A stretch of DNA of 57,863 bases, taken from IMG/VR virus record IMGVR_UViG_3300037191_001144, positions 1 to 57,863 of that record; one strand, written 5' to 3'. A program made the position numbers and the translations under genes. The notes beneath the pieces were generated by a model. That model made no database searches. It was given only the letters and a program-made list of their open reading frames with translations, and had not been told where the DNA came from. Shown here in pieces: positions 26,010 to 35,087 of this stretch; position 1 is the first letter of the stretch; each line of letters starts with the position of its first letter. The DNA is from a virus. Lineage: Duplodnaviria; Caudoviricetes.

Positions 26010-26096
26010 TTTAAGATACTGCCACGTGTTTACGGCAAAACCTACATCCGTTAACCAGCGAGGTTTGGTGGTGGTATCTTTCAAACCAATAACATC

Positions 26097-26369
26097 ATGA
26101 AAGATAACAAACTAATAGCAGAATTTATGGGAGGCGAAAAACCTGAACGAACATCAGACCTTCGCCACTTTATAGAAGAACATCATAACTACCACGACTC
26201 TTGGGATTGGTTGATGCCCGTAATAGAGAAGATCGAAAATAACGGACTCGATCCACACGGAATGATTGACAACTCTTTAAGGAAGAACAATCAAAAGAGA
26301 TGGCGTTCAATCGAGGACACATATAACGTAGCAGTATACTTAATAAACATATACAACAATGAAAGATAA
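26097..26369 (+). CDS. SWDWLxPV-family paralog 3
   Basis: MKDNKLIAEFMG...YHDSWDWLMPVIEKI. Confidence 0.75.
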   Translation: MKDNKLIAEFMGGEKPERTSDLRHFIEEHHNYHDSWDWLMPVIEKIENNGLDPHGMIDNSLRKNNQKRWRSIEDTYNVAVYLINIYNNER

Positions 26370-26670
26370 CAAACTAATAGCAGAATTTATGGGGTACAAC
26401 TACGACAAGTGTATAGCGTCAACAGACAAGTCTACACCCCTCGATATGCAAGGCGAATACCTTACGCCTGATGGAGACTCGGTATCCGAGAGTGAATTAG
26501 AATTTCACGAGTCGTGGGACTGGCTCATGCCAGTACTTAAAAAGATTAAACTTCAGATACACCCCAACAACATGGGTATGTGGCGAAAGGTAACTCAACC
26601 TATAGGGTACGACATCCACGAGGTACACCAAGAAGCAGTAGAGTTTATCAAAAGATATAGCAATGAGTAG
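26359..26670 (+). CDS. SWDWLxPV-family paralog 4
   Basis: MKDNKLIAEFMG...FHESWDWLMPVLKKI; first 34 nt identical to paralog 3. Confidence 0.75.
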   Translation: MKDNKLIAEFMGYNYDKCIASTDKSTPLDMQGEYLTPDGDSVSESELEFHESWDWLMPVLKKIKLQIHPNNMGMWRKVTQPIGYDIHEVHQEAVEFIKRYSNE

Positions 26671-26778
26671 TAAACGTGTACCAATTTGGTACACAAAGAA
26701 TACATGAGCAGTATAATGAAAACGATTGAGCAGTAAGTGAATGAACTCACCAAATAGCATAACGAAAAGAGAATTAAA

Positions 26779-27522
26779 ATGGAAATTACAAATTTTAAAA
26801 CACACGAAACTAAAAACTATGAGATGTTTGAGTTTCTTGATACAAACAGAGAGCCTAGTCAAAGAATTATTAACAACTTACTTAAAAGCATTAAGCAAAT
26901 CGGTGTGCAAATACCTATAATCGTTAATGAAGATAAATACATTGTCGATGGACAGCATAGGTTTTGGGCTTTAAGGCAACTTGGATATGTAGTGCCATAT
27001 ATTGTAAGCAAAGCTTGGAAAAATGACCAGCATACGATAGCTATAAACAACACTAGTTGTAAGTGGACGGCTATGGATTTCGCAAATTATGCATCTGAAA
27101 ACGGAAATCTTGACGTTCAAGAAGCAATAAAGATTGCTAAAGGTTGGAGAAAAGACTCTAAGAATAGATTAAGTTTAATAAGTGGGTTAGAAATACTAAT
27201 GAAGGGTAGATCACGCAATGGGTTATTATCAAAACTAAAAAACATGACATACAGAATAGACTGTAAGTCGGGGGCGGAAGTTTTTGATACGCTTGTTGTT
27301 ATGAACGAACACCAAATGAAAGCAAGTCCTTTTTCTCAGAAAATAACTAGGTCGATTAAAATATTGCACCACGACAAGGGTGGGTTAAACAATGATGCAA
27401 TTAATCTCATGTGTCAAAAGAACTATATACAAAATTATAGTAAAGAAAATGATCAGTTAGAATATTTTATAGACATATATAACGAGGCTTTAAGTAAGGG
27501 GACACTAGGAGTGAAAGGATAA
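26779..27522 (+). CDS. ParB/Srx N-terminal domain protein
   Basis: SIKQIGVQIPIIV...IVDGQHRFWAL motif. Confidence 0.75.
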   Translation: MEITNFKTHETKNYEMFEFLDTNREPSQRIINNLLKSIKQIGVQIPIIVNEDKYIVDGQHRFWALRQLGYVVPYIVSKAWKNDQHTIAINNTSCKWTAMDFANYASENGNLDVQEAIKIAKGWRKDSKNRLSLISGLEILMKGRSRNGLLSKLKNMTYRIDCKSGAEVFDTLVVMNEHQMKASPFSQKITRSIKILHHDKGGLNNDAINLMCQKNYIQNYSKENDQLEYFIDIYNEALSKGTLGVKG

Positions 27523-27532
27523 ATAAACGACC

Positions 27533-27617
27533 ATAGTAAGGCACGACTTGGAGGATGCTGGGTGTAGCGATTGTTGGTTCAGGAGTTACACACATGGGTT
27601 CGATTCCCACTTACTAT
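27533..27617 (+). ncRNA. 8/4 tRNA-like RNA C3
   Basis: Acceptor AUAGUAAG/CUUACUAU, T arm UGGG(UUCGAUU)CCCA, internal stem GUGUAGC/GUUACAC. Confidence 0.65.
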
Positions 27618-27636
27618 CTAAAAATAAATTAAACAT

Positions 27637-27670
27637 TTTGTCGAAACTTATTAAAGGTTTTGTACCTTTG
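27637..27670 (+). promoter_or_regulatory. Bacteroidota sigma70 promoter (-33 TTTG, -7 TACCTTTG)
   Basis: Both elements present (22-nt spacer) upstream of the recombination operon. Confidence 0.6.
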
Positions 27671-27687
27671 TTTTAAAATTAAATTAA

Positions 27688-27993
27688 ATGAAAAAGAAAA
27701 TATTTATGCAGTACGCAGACGCAGTAGCCGAGCAGTTCCATCTAAGTCTAGATCAAATGTTTGAGAAGTCTAAGCGGAGAGAGTGTGTTGATGCTAGACA
27801 GATGCTATACTACCTATGTATGGAGAGACCTATACGGGTCAGCTACATACAAAGATTTATGGAGGAAGAGGGTCATACTATATGTCACTCAACTATTATC
27901 CATGGGTACAAACGAGCAAAGAAAATTATAGAAAGTGATAAAGACTTCTGTAATGTAGCAAACAATATACAAGAAGGAATATGTACACCTTAG
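27688..27993 (+). CDS. DnaA C-terminal (domain IV)-like HTH protein
   Basis: VAEQF.LS.DQM...SKRRECVDARQMLYYLC...HSTIIHGYKR. Confidence 0.7.
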   Translation: MKKKIFMQYADAVAEQFHLSLDQMFEKSKRRECVDARQMLYYLCMERPIRVSYIQRFMEEEGHTICHSTIIHGYKRAKKIIESDKDFCNVANNIQEGICTP

Positions 27994-28376
27994 AGGATGT
28001 GTTTGAACAAGCAGAAAATGATAACTACTCCACCTCCTTACCTCTACAAAACGGGAAGTCTTACATACGACCCTCTGTTATAATAAAAAAATTCCCCACA
28101 CACATAGACATACTCAACGTCGGAAAGGGGGGAGCATACTACAAGGCTATAACAGAGTCAGAGTTAGAGTACTTCCTCCAGCATGGGTGGGTAAAGGGAT
28201 CGGTTAACGTTAGCCTAAACAACTGCACACACAAGCTACGACTAGTAGAACTTGGGATTAAGAAGGAGGTTAACACTAGGAAGAATGATAAATACATTAA
28301 AGGATTAAAGAATAAGAGAGATAACATACTAAAAAAGTACGCAGTTTTAAAAATTAAATTAAATAAAATTATATGA
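27981..28376 (+). CDS. Hypothetical protein
   Basis: 131-aa ORF in operon. Confidence 0.65.
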   Translation: MYTLEDVFEQAENDNYSTSLPLQNGKSYIRPSVIIKKFPTHIDILNVGKGGAYYKAITESELEYFLQHGWVKGSVNVSLNNCTHKLRLVELGIKKEVNTRKNDKYIKGLKNKRDNILKKYAVLKIKLNKII

Positions 28377-28948
28377 AAGATATTTTCAAGGACTTGTCAT
28401 CCATTAACATCAACGACAAAGTAGAGAAGAAAGGTCAGCACAAGTACCTATCATGGGCACACGCATGGACACTAGCCAAGCAGAAGTTCCCTGAGATTCA
28501 GCGAGTAGTATACGAGTCTGAGCATACGGGACTGAACTACTTTACCGATGGTAACTCAGCCTATGTAAAGGTGGGCATTACGATCGAAGGGTTAGAGCAT
28601 ATAGACTACCTACCCGTAATGGACTTTCGAAACAACGCTCTAGCGTTAGATAAGGTCACGTCTATGGAGGTAAACAAAACTATTCAGAGGTCTACAACGA
28701 AAGCTATTGCTATGCATGGCCTAGGACTAAGCCTATGGAGTGGGGAGGATATAGTACAGACAACCACAGAGGAAGCCCCTAAGAAGGAGGAGAAGATAGA
28801 GCTTATTATTAACACAGATAACTGGGCTAATGTCTTAAAGTATATCGCCTCTAACAAGGAGCTAGGTCTACCTAAAATTATTAAGAACCTAGAGACTAAG
28901 TACAATCTAAAGGCTACTATTAAGAAGGAACTCTCTAAGCATGTTTGA
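28373..28948 (+). CDS. Single-strand annealing protein, DUF1071/Sak3-like
   Basis: EKKGQHKYLSWAHAW...LPVMDFRN...NKTIQRSTTKAIAMHGLGLSLWSGED. Confidence 0.78.
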   Translation: MKDIFKDLSSININDKVEKKGQHKYLSWAHAWTLAKQKFPEIQRVVYESEHTGLNYFTDGNSAYVKVGITIEGLEHIDYLPVMDFRNNALALDKVTSMEVNKTIQRSTTKAIAMHGLGLSLWSGEDIVQTTTEEAPKKEEKIELIINTDNWANVLKYIASNKELGLPKIIKNLETKYNLKATIKKELSKHV

Positions 28949-29669
28949 TGTAGAGAAACTAAAGGACGATGCCCACTACTACGGAGCATACGGGAGGAAG
29001 TACCTCTCCAACTCAGACATAGGCGCACTCCTTACACGACCTACTGAGTATGGAAAACCTAGTGAGCAGACTAAACCTATGCTTATAGGTAGCTACTTAC
29101 ATACCCACATCCTAGAGCCTGATAAGGTAAAGAACTTTGAGGTCATAGACGTAGCTAGTCGTAACACTAAGGTATATAAGGAGGCTCTCGCCAACAGCAC
29201 AGAGAAGATGATCTTACTTAACAACGAGGCAGAGGAGGTTAAGTCCTTAGTAAAAGTTATCAAGGGAAACCTACCTTTCTATGAGGCTATATACAATGAG
29301 TCCAATCAGTTTGAGGTTCCAGCCGTACAGAATATACATGGCGAACTTTGGAAGGGTAAGGCGGACGTAGTGTGTAAGGATATGCTCATAGATTTAAAGA
29401 CTACCTCTAACATGAAAGACTTTAAGTGGTCAGCCAAGAAGTACAACTACGATAGTCAGTGCTATATATACCAGTCCCTATTTGGGAAACCTTTAGTGTT
29501 CTATGTAATAGATAAGGTAAGCCATCAGCTAGGGATCTTCCACGCCTCGCAAGACTTCCTCATGAGGGGGAAGGCTAAGGTAGAGGAGGCGGTAGAGGTA
29601 TACCAAAAGTTTTTCAAGGAGGGTAGCCCAGAAGATATAGAAACATATCTCCACACAGAAATTTTATAG
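28941..29669 (+). CDS. PD-(D/E)XK exonuclease (RecE/ExoVIII, DUF3799-like)
   Basis: LSNSDI...GSYLHTHILEP...KGKAD...IDLKTT...YNYDSQCYIY. Confidence 0.8.
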   Translation: MFDVEKLKDDAHYYGAYGRKYLSNSDIGALLTRPTEYGKPSEQTKPMLIGSYLHTHILEPDKVKNFEVIDVASRNTKVYKEALANSTEKMILLNNEAEEVKSLVKVIKGNLPFYEAIYNESNQFEVPAVQNIHGELWKGKADVVCKDMLIDLKTTSNMKDFKWSAKKYNYDSQCYIYQSLFGKPLVFYVIDKVSHQLGIFHASQDFLMRGKAKVEEAVEVYQKFFKEGSPEDIETYLHTEIL

Positions 29670-29721
29670 GATAGTGTATGGTCCAAACACTATTTATTTT
29701 TAACGGACAAAATAATTAATC

Positions 29722-29985
29722 ATGTCAAACGACACAAAAGAAAAAGTATTCCTCGATGGATTACTATTTAAACCACCTAATAACGAGGCTCCAGAGTGGG
29801 TACTAAGCAAGGTATCTATGAAAGTAGACGAGATGATCACGTCATTAAAGAACCATGAGTCTAATGGTTGGGTAAACCTCGAGCTAAAAAAAGGGCAGAA
29901 GGGAAACTACTACATGGAGGTAGACACATGGAAGCCTGACCCATCTAAGAGGTCACAACCTAAAGAAGAGAAGGCAGACTTCTAA
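29722..29985 (+). CDS. Putative ssDNA-binding protein
   Basis: Follows SSAP and exonuclease; aromatic beta core, short acidic/aromatic C-terminus (..EEKADF). Confidence 0.45.
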   Translation: MSNDTKEKVFLDGLLFKPPNNEAPEWVLSKVSMKVDEMITSLKNHESNGWVNLELKKGQKGNYYMEVDTWKPDPSKRSQPKEEKADF

Positions 29986-30001
29986 GAACCAGTCCTAGAG
30001 T

Positions 30002-30034
30002 AAGGGGGTGGGGGAAACCCTACCCCTTTATTAT
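30002..30034 (+). terminator. Intrinsic terminator
   Basis: AAGGGGGTGGGG-GAAA-CCCTACCCCTTT hairpin followed by an AT tract. Confidence 0.6.
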
Positions 30035-30040
30035 GCTCTA

Positions 30041-30226
30041 GACTATGTCGAATGACAGAAATACCTCCTCATATATATATATATAGAAAATATATTTACA
30101 GAGAGAGAAGTTTTTTACTAGAAACATGACTACTTTTCGACATATCGACATAAAAGAATACAAAGAATAGAGTATCAGCTCTTTAACTAAAATAAAATCG
30201 ACATAAAATCGACATAACCCTGACAT
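30041..30226. repeat. Iteron-like element copy 2, directly upstream of the primase-helicase
   Basis: Four TCGACAT, one TGACAT, one inverted copy and an (AT)n run; same layout as 18921-19116. Confidence 0.62.
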
Positions 30227-30230
30227 ATAA

Positions 30231-32630
30231 ATGCAAATAACTATATTTAAAGACATTAAGTCTACATCCCAGCCCTTCTACCGAGAGGTAGATCTTATTT
30301 TAAACAGAATAAAAGATGGTGCGTCGAAGGATTTAGTAAAGATGATACGCACCGAGAAGGATAAGACTAAAAGAAATTTACTCAAGCAATCTCTTCCAGC
30401 AGTATGCTTTAGTGGTACGTTTTCTAAACGTAACGATGCCTCTGTCTCTGAGCATAGCGGGTTGATATGTTTAGACTTCGATGACTACTCCAACAACAAG
30501 GAGCTACTCCAGGAGAAGGAGAGAATATGTAAGGATAAGCACGTCTACTCAGTCTTCATCTCCCCTAGCGGGAAAGGTTTAAAGGTTCTCGTTAAGATAC
30601 CTAAGGACGTGGACCAGCACAAAAATTATTTCAACTCGTTAGAGAAACATTTCAATAGCCCTCACTTTGATAAGACATGTAAGAACCTGTCTCGTGTATG
30701 CTATGAGTCATTCGACCCGCTTATATATGTCAATGAGCAGTCCAGCCTATGGGATAAGATCGCGGAGCAAGAGTACACTGAGGTAACTAAGTACCGAGAC
30801 GCGCCTACCTTCCCTATCACAGACGAGAAGAAAATTATAGACTACCTCATGAGGTGGTGGGTAAAGAAGTACGGGATGATAGATGGGGAGAGGAACAACA
30901 ACGTATACGTTCTTGCCTCTGCCTTCAACGACTTCGGGGTGAACCAGAACATCGCTGAGTTTGTGATGCAAGAGTTTGCAACCAAAGACTTCCCCTTGTC
31001 TGAGATAAATAGAACCATTAAGTCTGCTTATTCTAACAAGCAAAACTTCGGGACGAAGTACTACGAGGATGAGGACAGAGTCAACCAAGTAAGACAGAAG
31101 ATAAGGAGAGGTATATCAAAAAAAGAAATCCGTTCGCAATTAGAGGAGTCGAATATTGAGGACGGAGTAATACAGAATGTAATAACTCGACTAGAGGATG
31201 AGCAGTCTTCAAATAAATTTTGGAGCAAGAGTGATAAGGGCGTCATAAAGATCATACATATCCTATTCAAAAACTTTCTAGAGGACAATGGGTTCTATAA
31301 GTTTTGTCCAGAGGGTGGTAAGAACTATGTGTTTGTAAAGGTGACGAACAATCTAATAGACCACACGTCAGAGAAAGAGATCAAGGACTTTATCTTAGAC
31401 CACCTCCTAGAGTTGGATGATGTGAGTATATACAACTACTTCGCAGAGCACACGAGATACTTTAAGGAAGAGTTCCTTACGCTTCTCGCCTCTATAGACG
31501 TGTACTTTATTGAGGATAGCAAGGAGGTAGCGTACCTATACTACCTAAACGCGGCGGTTAAAATAACTAAGAACACTGTCACACCTATAGACTACCTCGA
31601 TCTAGGTGGGTACGTATGGAAGGACCATGTGATAAATAGAAACTATATTACATGTGACATTAAGGAGTGTGACTACGGGGTGTTTATAAACAACATAAGC
31701 GGAAACTCTGCCACGAGGATACAATCGATGCGGTCTACGATAGGGTACATGCTACACGCATGGAAGAACCTCTCCTACTGCCCCGCTATCATCCTTAACG
31801 ATGAGGTAATCTCCGACAACCCTGAGGGTGGTACGGGTAAAGGGCTGTTCATGAACGGGATATCCTGCATGAAGAAGCTGGTCGTAATAGACGGGAAGTC
31901 TTTTAACTTTGAGAAGTCCTTCGCCTACCAGCTCGTGTCCGCAGACACACAGATACTATGCTTCGATGATGTGCGTAGGCACTTTGATTTCGAGAGGTTG
32001 TTTAGTGTGGTAACAGAGGGTCTTACCCTAGAGAAGAAGAACAAGGACGCTATTAAAATTCCTTTTTCTAAGTCCCCTAAGGTAGCCATCACTACGAACT
32101 ACGCTATAAAAGGAAAGGGCTCCTCGTTTGAGAGACGCAAGTGGGAACTTGAGTTAACTCAGCACTACAACAAGGAGTTCACTCCGCTCATAGAGTTCGG
32201 CAAGCTTATGTTTGGGGAGTGGGATGACGATGAGTGGTGTCTCTTTGATAACTACATGATCTCTAACCTTCAGCTATACCTTGAGAACGGACTTATGAAG
32301 AGCACGTTTGTGAATCTAAAAATAAGGAAGCTATCCGCAGACACATGCCATGAGTTTATAGAATGGTGTGGGTTAATCGCGGGTCATCAAGAGCACGTAG
32401 ACCTCGAGCCTAACCATAGGATATACAAGCAGAAGTTGTACTTAGACTTCGTAGATGAGTACCCAGACTACGGACCAAAAGCTAAGATGACAATCTCTCG
32501 AACTAAATTTTACAAGTGGCTTACCTCATACGGAGAGTTTAAATATAGGAGTACGCCCGAGGAGGGGAGGGATATGTCAGGGAGATGGATGATGTTTCAT
32601 CAGGAGTTACCACCAGAAGATATAAAATAG
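30231..32630 (+). CDS. Primase-helicase (BT4734/VirE N-terminal primase, PriCT-like domain, P-loop helicase)
   Basis: LKQSLPAVCFSG, HSGLICLDFD, FISPSGKGLK, GERNN, Walker A GGTGKG, Walker B LCFDD. Confidence 0.85.
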   Translation: MQITIFKDIKSTSQPFYREVDLILNRIKDGASKDLVKMIRTEKDKTKRNLLKQSLPAVCFSGTFSKRNDASVSEHSGLICLDFDDYSNNKELLQEKERICKDKHVYSVFISPSGKGLKVLVKIPKDVDQHKNYFNSLEKHFNSPHFDKTCKNLSRVCYESFDPLIYVNEQSSLWDKIAEQEYTEVTKYRDAPTFPITDEKKIIDYLMRWWVKKYGMIDGERNNNVYVLASAFNDFGVNQNIAEFVMQEFATKDFPLSEINRTIKSAYSNKQNFGTKYYEDEDRVNQVRQKIRRGISKKEIRSQLEESNIEDGVIQNVITRLEDEQSSNKFWSKSDKGVIKIIHILFKNFLEDNGFYKFCPEGGKNYVFVKVTNNLIDHTSEKEIKDFILDHLLELDDVSIYNYFAEHTRYFKEEFLTLLASIDVYFIEDSKEVAYLYYLNAAVKITKNTVTPIDYLDLGGYVWKDHVINRNYITCDIKECDYGVFINNISGNSATRIQSMRSTIGYMLHAWKNLSYCPAIILNDEVISDNPEGGTGKGLFMNGISCMKKLVVIDGKSFNFEKSFAYQLVSADTQILCFDDVRRHFDFERLFSVVTEGLTLEKKNKDAIKIPFSKSPKVAITTNYAIKGKGSSFERRKWELELTQHYNKEFTPLIEFGKLMFGEWDDDEWCLFDNYMISNLQLYLENGLMKSTFVNLKIRKLSADTCHEFIEWCGLIAGHQEHVDLEPNHRIYKQKLYLDFVDEYPDYGPKAKMTISRTKFYKWLTSYGEFKYRSTPEEGRDMSGRWMMFHQELPPEDIK

Positions 32631-32631
32631 C

Positions 32632-33858
32632 ATGGAATTTAGAGACTATCAAGTAGATATTATAGACCGAGGTCTTAAGATCTTAACTAAAACAGGATTG
32701 CTGTACCTATCTATGGAGGTAAGGACGGGCAAGACCCTGACTAGCCTAGGCATAGCAGAGAAGCTAGGGTTAAAGAACGTTCTCTTTATCACCAAGAAGA
32801 AGGCTATGTCCTCTATAGGGGATGACTACAACTTGCTTTGCCCGAGCTTCTTTATGTACGTGATAAACTACGAGAGCCTACACAAAATACCTGATGAGAA
32901 GTGGGATCTAATTGTATGTGATGAGGCCCATAGTATGGGTGCATTCCCTAAGCCTAGTAAGAGGGCGAAGCAGGTAAGGGGGTTGCTAAGTAAGCTATCC
33001 CCTTATGTTATCCTTATGTCAGGCACCCCTACGCCTGAGTCTTATAGCCAGATGTACCATCAGGTATATGGGGTAGAGAACAATCCGTTCAGTAGATATA
33101 AAAACTTCTATAGTTTCTGTAAGGACTACGTAAACGTTACTCAAAAAAAAATCAACGGGTTCTCTATAAACGACTACTCAGGTGGGCGTGAGAATATCCT
33201 CGAGATGATGAGGCCCTATAGCATTAGCTATACTCAGAAGCTAGCTGGGTTTAAGACTGAGATAAATGAAAACATTTTAGAGGTAGAGATAGAGGATAAG
33301 ACCTTAGATCTAATCGCTAAACTAAAAAAGGATTTAGTTGTTGAGGGTAGGGAGGAGACTATCCTTGCGGACACTGCCGTAAAGCTAATGACTAAGGTGC
33401 ATCAGTTATGCTCTGGTACTGTAAAGTTTGAGAGCGGGAACTCTATGGTCCTGGACTATAGCAAGGCTAACTTTATACGGGATAAATTTTTAGGCAAGAA
33501 GATAGGGATCTTCTATAAGTTTAAGGAGGAACTTAACGCACTCAAGGTAGTGTATGGGGACAACCTTGTGACAGAGCTAGAAGATTTTAATGGTAGTGAT
33601 AAGACTATCGCCCTTCAGATTGTAAGTGGGCGAGAGGGGATCTCTCTGAGGGAGGCTGAGTGCTTGGTGTACTACAACATAGACTTTAGTGCTACCTCTT
33701 ACTGGCAGAGCCGAGACAGGATGACCACAAAGGACAGGCTTAAGAACTCTATATACTGGGTGTTCTCTAAGGGTGGTATAGAGAAGGATATATACAAGGC
33801 TGTCATAAAGAAAAAGGACTATACCTTAACACACTTCCGTAAGGATTTTATATCTTAG
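32632..33858 (+). CDS. SF2 (SNF2-like) helicase
   Basis: RDYQ, RTGKT, INYESL, CDEAH, MSGTP, GREGISL, QSRDR. Confidence 0.85.
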   Translation: MEFRDYQVDIIDRGLKILTKTGLLYLSMEVRTGKTLTSLGIAEKLGLKNVLFITKKKAMSSIGDDYNLLCPSFFMYVINYESLHKIPDEKWDLIVCDEAHSMGAFPKPSKRAKQVRGLLSKLSPYVILMSGTPTPESYSQMYHQVYGVENNPFSRYKNFYSFCKDYVNVTQKKINGFSINDYSGGRENILEMMRPYSISYTQKLAGFKTEINENILEVEIEDKTLDLIAKLKKDLVVEGREETILADTAVKLMTKVHQLCSGTVKFESGNSMVLDYSKANFIRDKFLGKKIGIFYKFKEELNALKVVYGDNLVTELEDFNGSDKTIALQIVSGREGISLREAECLVYYNIDFSATSYWQSRDRMTTKDRLKNSIYWVFSKGGIEKDIYKAVIKKKDYTLTHFRKDFIS

Positions 33859-33862
33859 TATA

Positions 33863-34102
33863 ATGACAGAGCAGCAGATACAATCTAAGCGGATAAAACA
33901 ATTAGAAGATGAGGGGTACTACGTGCTTAAGTTAATCAAGACTAATAAGAATGGTATCCCAGACCTGATAGCTATCCCGCCTGACTCAGGCGTGTTGTTC
34001 TCTGAGATTAAAACCCCTAAGGGTCGGCTCTCTCGCCTACAAGAATATAGATTAAAAGAACTCTCCCAACATGGAATTAGAACAGAAGTTTATAAAGGAT
34101 AG
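33863..34102 (+). CDS. VRR-NUC nuclease / Holliday junction resolvase
   Basis: EQQIQ...GIPDLI...SEIKTPKGRLSRLQ. Confidence 0.8.
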   Translation: MTEQQIQSKRIKQLEDEGYYVLKLIKTNKNGIPDLIAIPPDSGVLFSEIKTPKGRLSRLQEYRLKELSQHGIRTEVYKG

Positions 34103-34400
34103 AGGCTTTGAGATAGAGCCCCAGGTATTTGAATCTCTTCAGGAGATAAATATTTTAGAGGCGATAGCTATATCCAACTTCTTAATGGAGGTGGACTATG
34201 ACGCTGTCTCTATTAACAGCTTTGTATCCACGGTGTTAGGTGGAGTAACATATGATAAACATAAGAACCCAATCACCTTCGCAGTGGAGATGGTTGTAAC
34301 AGAAGATGATAAGATTGCTCTGTCCGATGTCTCTCTTATTTCCATGGACGAATACTTAGACTTAATAAATTTAAAATTAAATATAAATGAATTACGATAA
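34071..34400 (+). CDS. Hypothetical protein
   Basis: 109-aa ORF. Confidence 0.6.
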   Translation: MELEQKFIKDRGFEIEPQVFESLQEINILEAIAISNFLMEVDYDAVSINSFVSTVLGGVTYDKHKNPITFAVEMVVTEDDKIALSDVSLISMDEYLDLINLKLNINELR

Positions 34401-34893
34401 CATTGAATCAATAATAAATATAGTGCGCGTAGTACGTGGCGTTAACGTTATGGCTAAGTGTAGGTCTCTTGATCACATCCAGTCTAGAGCTATGTGCTAT
34501 AAGATATTAAGGGAGGATGTCGGTATGACATACACGGCTATAGCAAAGGTGTTCGGAAAGAACCACGCTACTATAAGACATGGTATAATTGAGTTCCCTT
34601 ACATGATGAAGATCGATCCTAGAATGCAAAGGGATTACTACGTTGTGCAAAACACGTGGAAAACTAAGGGCTCTGAACACCAAGGTCTAAGCATAATAGA
34701 GCTAAAAGATAGTAATAACCACTTGCTTAAGCAGATGAATGAATTATCTTTGGAGCTATTCGATATGAAAGATCGATATAAAAAGTTTGAACCTATCATT
34801 ACAATGCTGAAGGACAGAGTTCCACATAATAGACTAGAGGAGGTGGAGCTAAGAGTGTCAACATTAATAAATAAGATGAGCCTATCTAAATAA
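34387..34893 (+). CDS. Second DnaA C-terminal-like HTH protein with coiled coil
   Basis: SRAMCYKILRE..GMTYTAIAKVFGKNHATIRHG. Confidence 0.65.
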   Translation: MNYDNIESIINIVRVVRGVNVMAKCRSLDHIQSRAMCYKILREDVGMTYTAIAKVFGKNHATIRHGIIEFPYMMKIDPRMQRDYYVVQNTWKTKGSEHQGLSIIELKDSNNHLLKQMNELSLELFDMKDRYKKFEPIITMLKDRVPHNRLEEVELRVSTLINKMSLSK

Positions 34894-34897
34894 TTTT

Positions 34898-35086
34898 ATG
34901 AAAATTTCTAAAGACGACATAGAGTCTATCACTAATATAAACTTTACGTGTAACAACCTACACGATTTAAGTAACGATATCTACGAGTCTTTAATGGACG
35001 GAGACTATCCTGAGGTTAGGATGTACTCCCAGACATTAATACAATCACTTGCTGAACTAATCCAATCCTTAGACGACGAACTATAG
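34898..35086 (+). CDS. Hypothetical protein
   Basis: 62-aa acidic ORF. Confidence 0.6.
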   Translation: MKISKDDIESITNINFTCNNLHDLSNDIYESLMDGDYPEVRMYSQTLIQSLAELIQSLDDEL

Positions 35087-35087
35087 A

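Noticed and set aside
22653-27617. C1-C3 as canonical tRNA genes with assignable anticodons
   Set aside because: 8/4 geometry and no standard anticodon stem-loop, so no amino acid was assigned.
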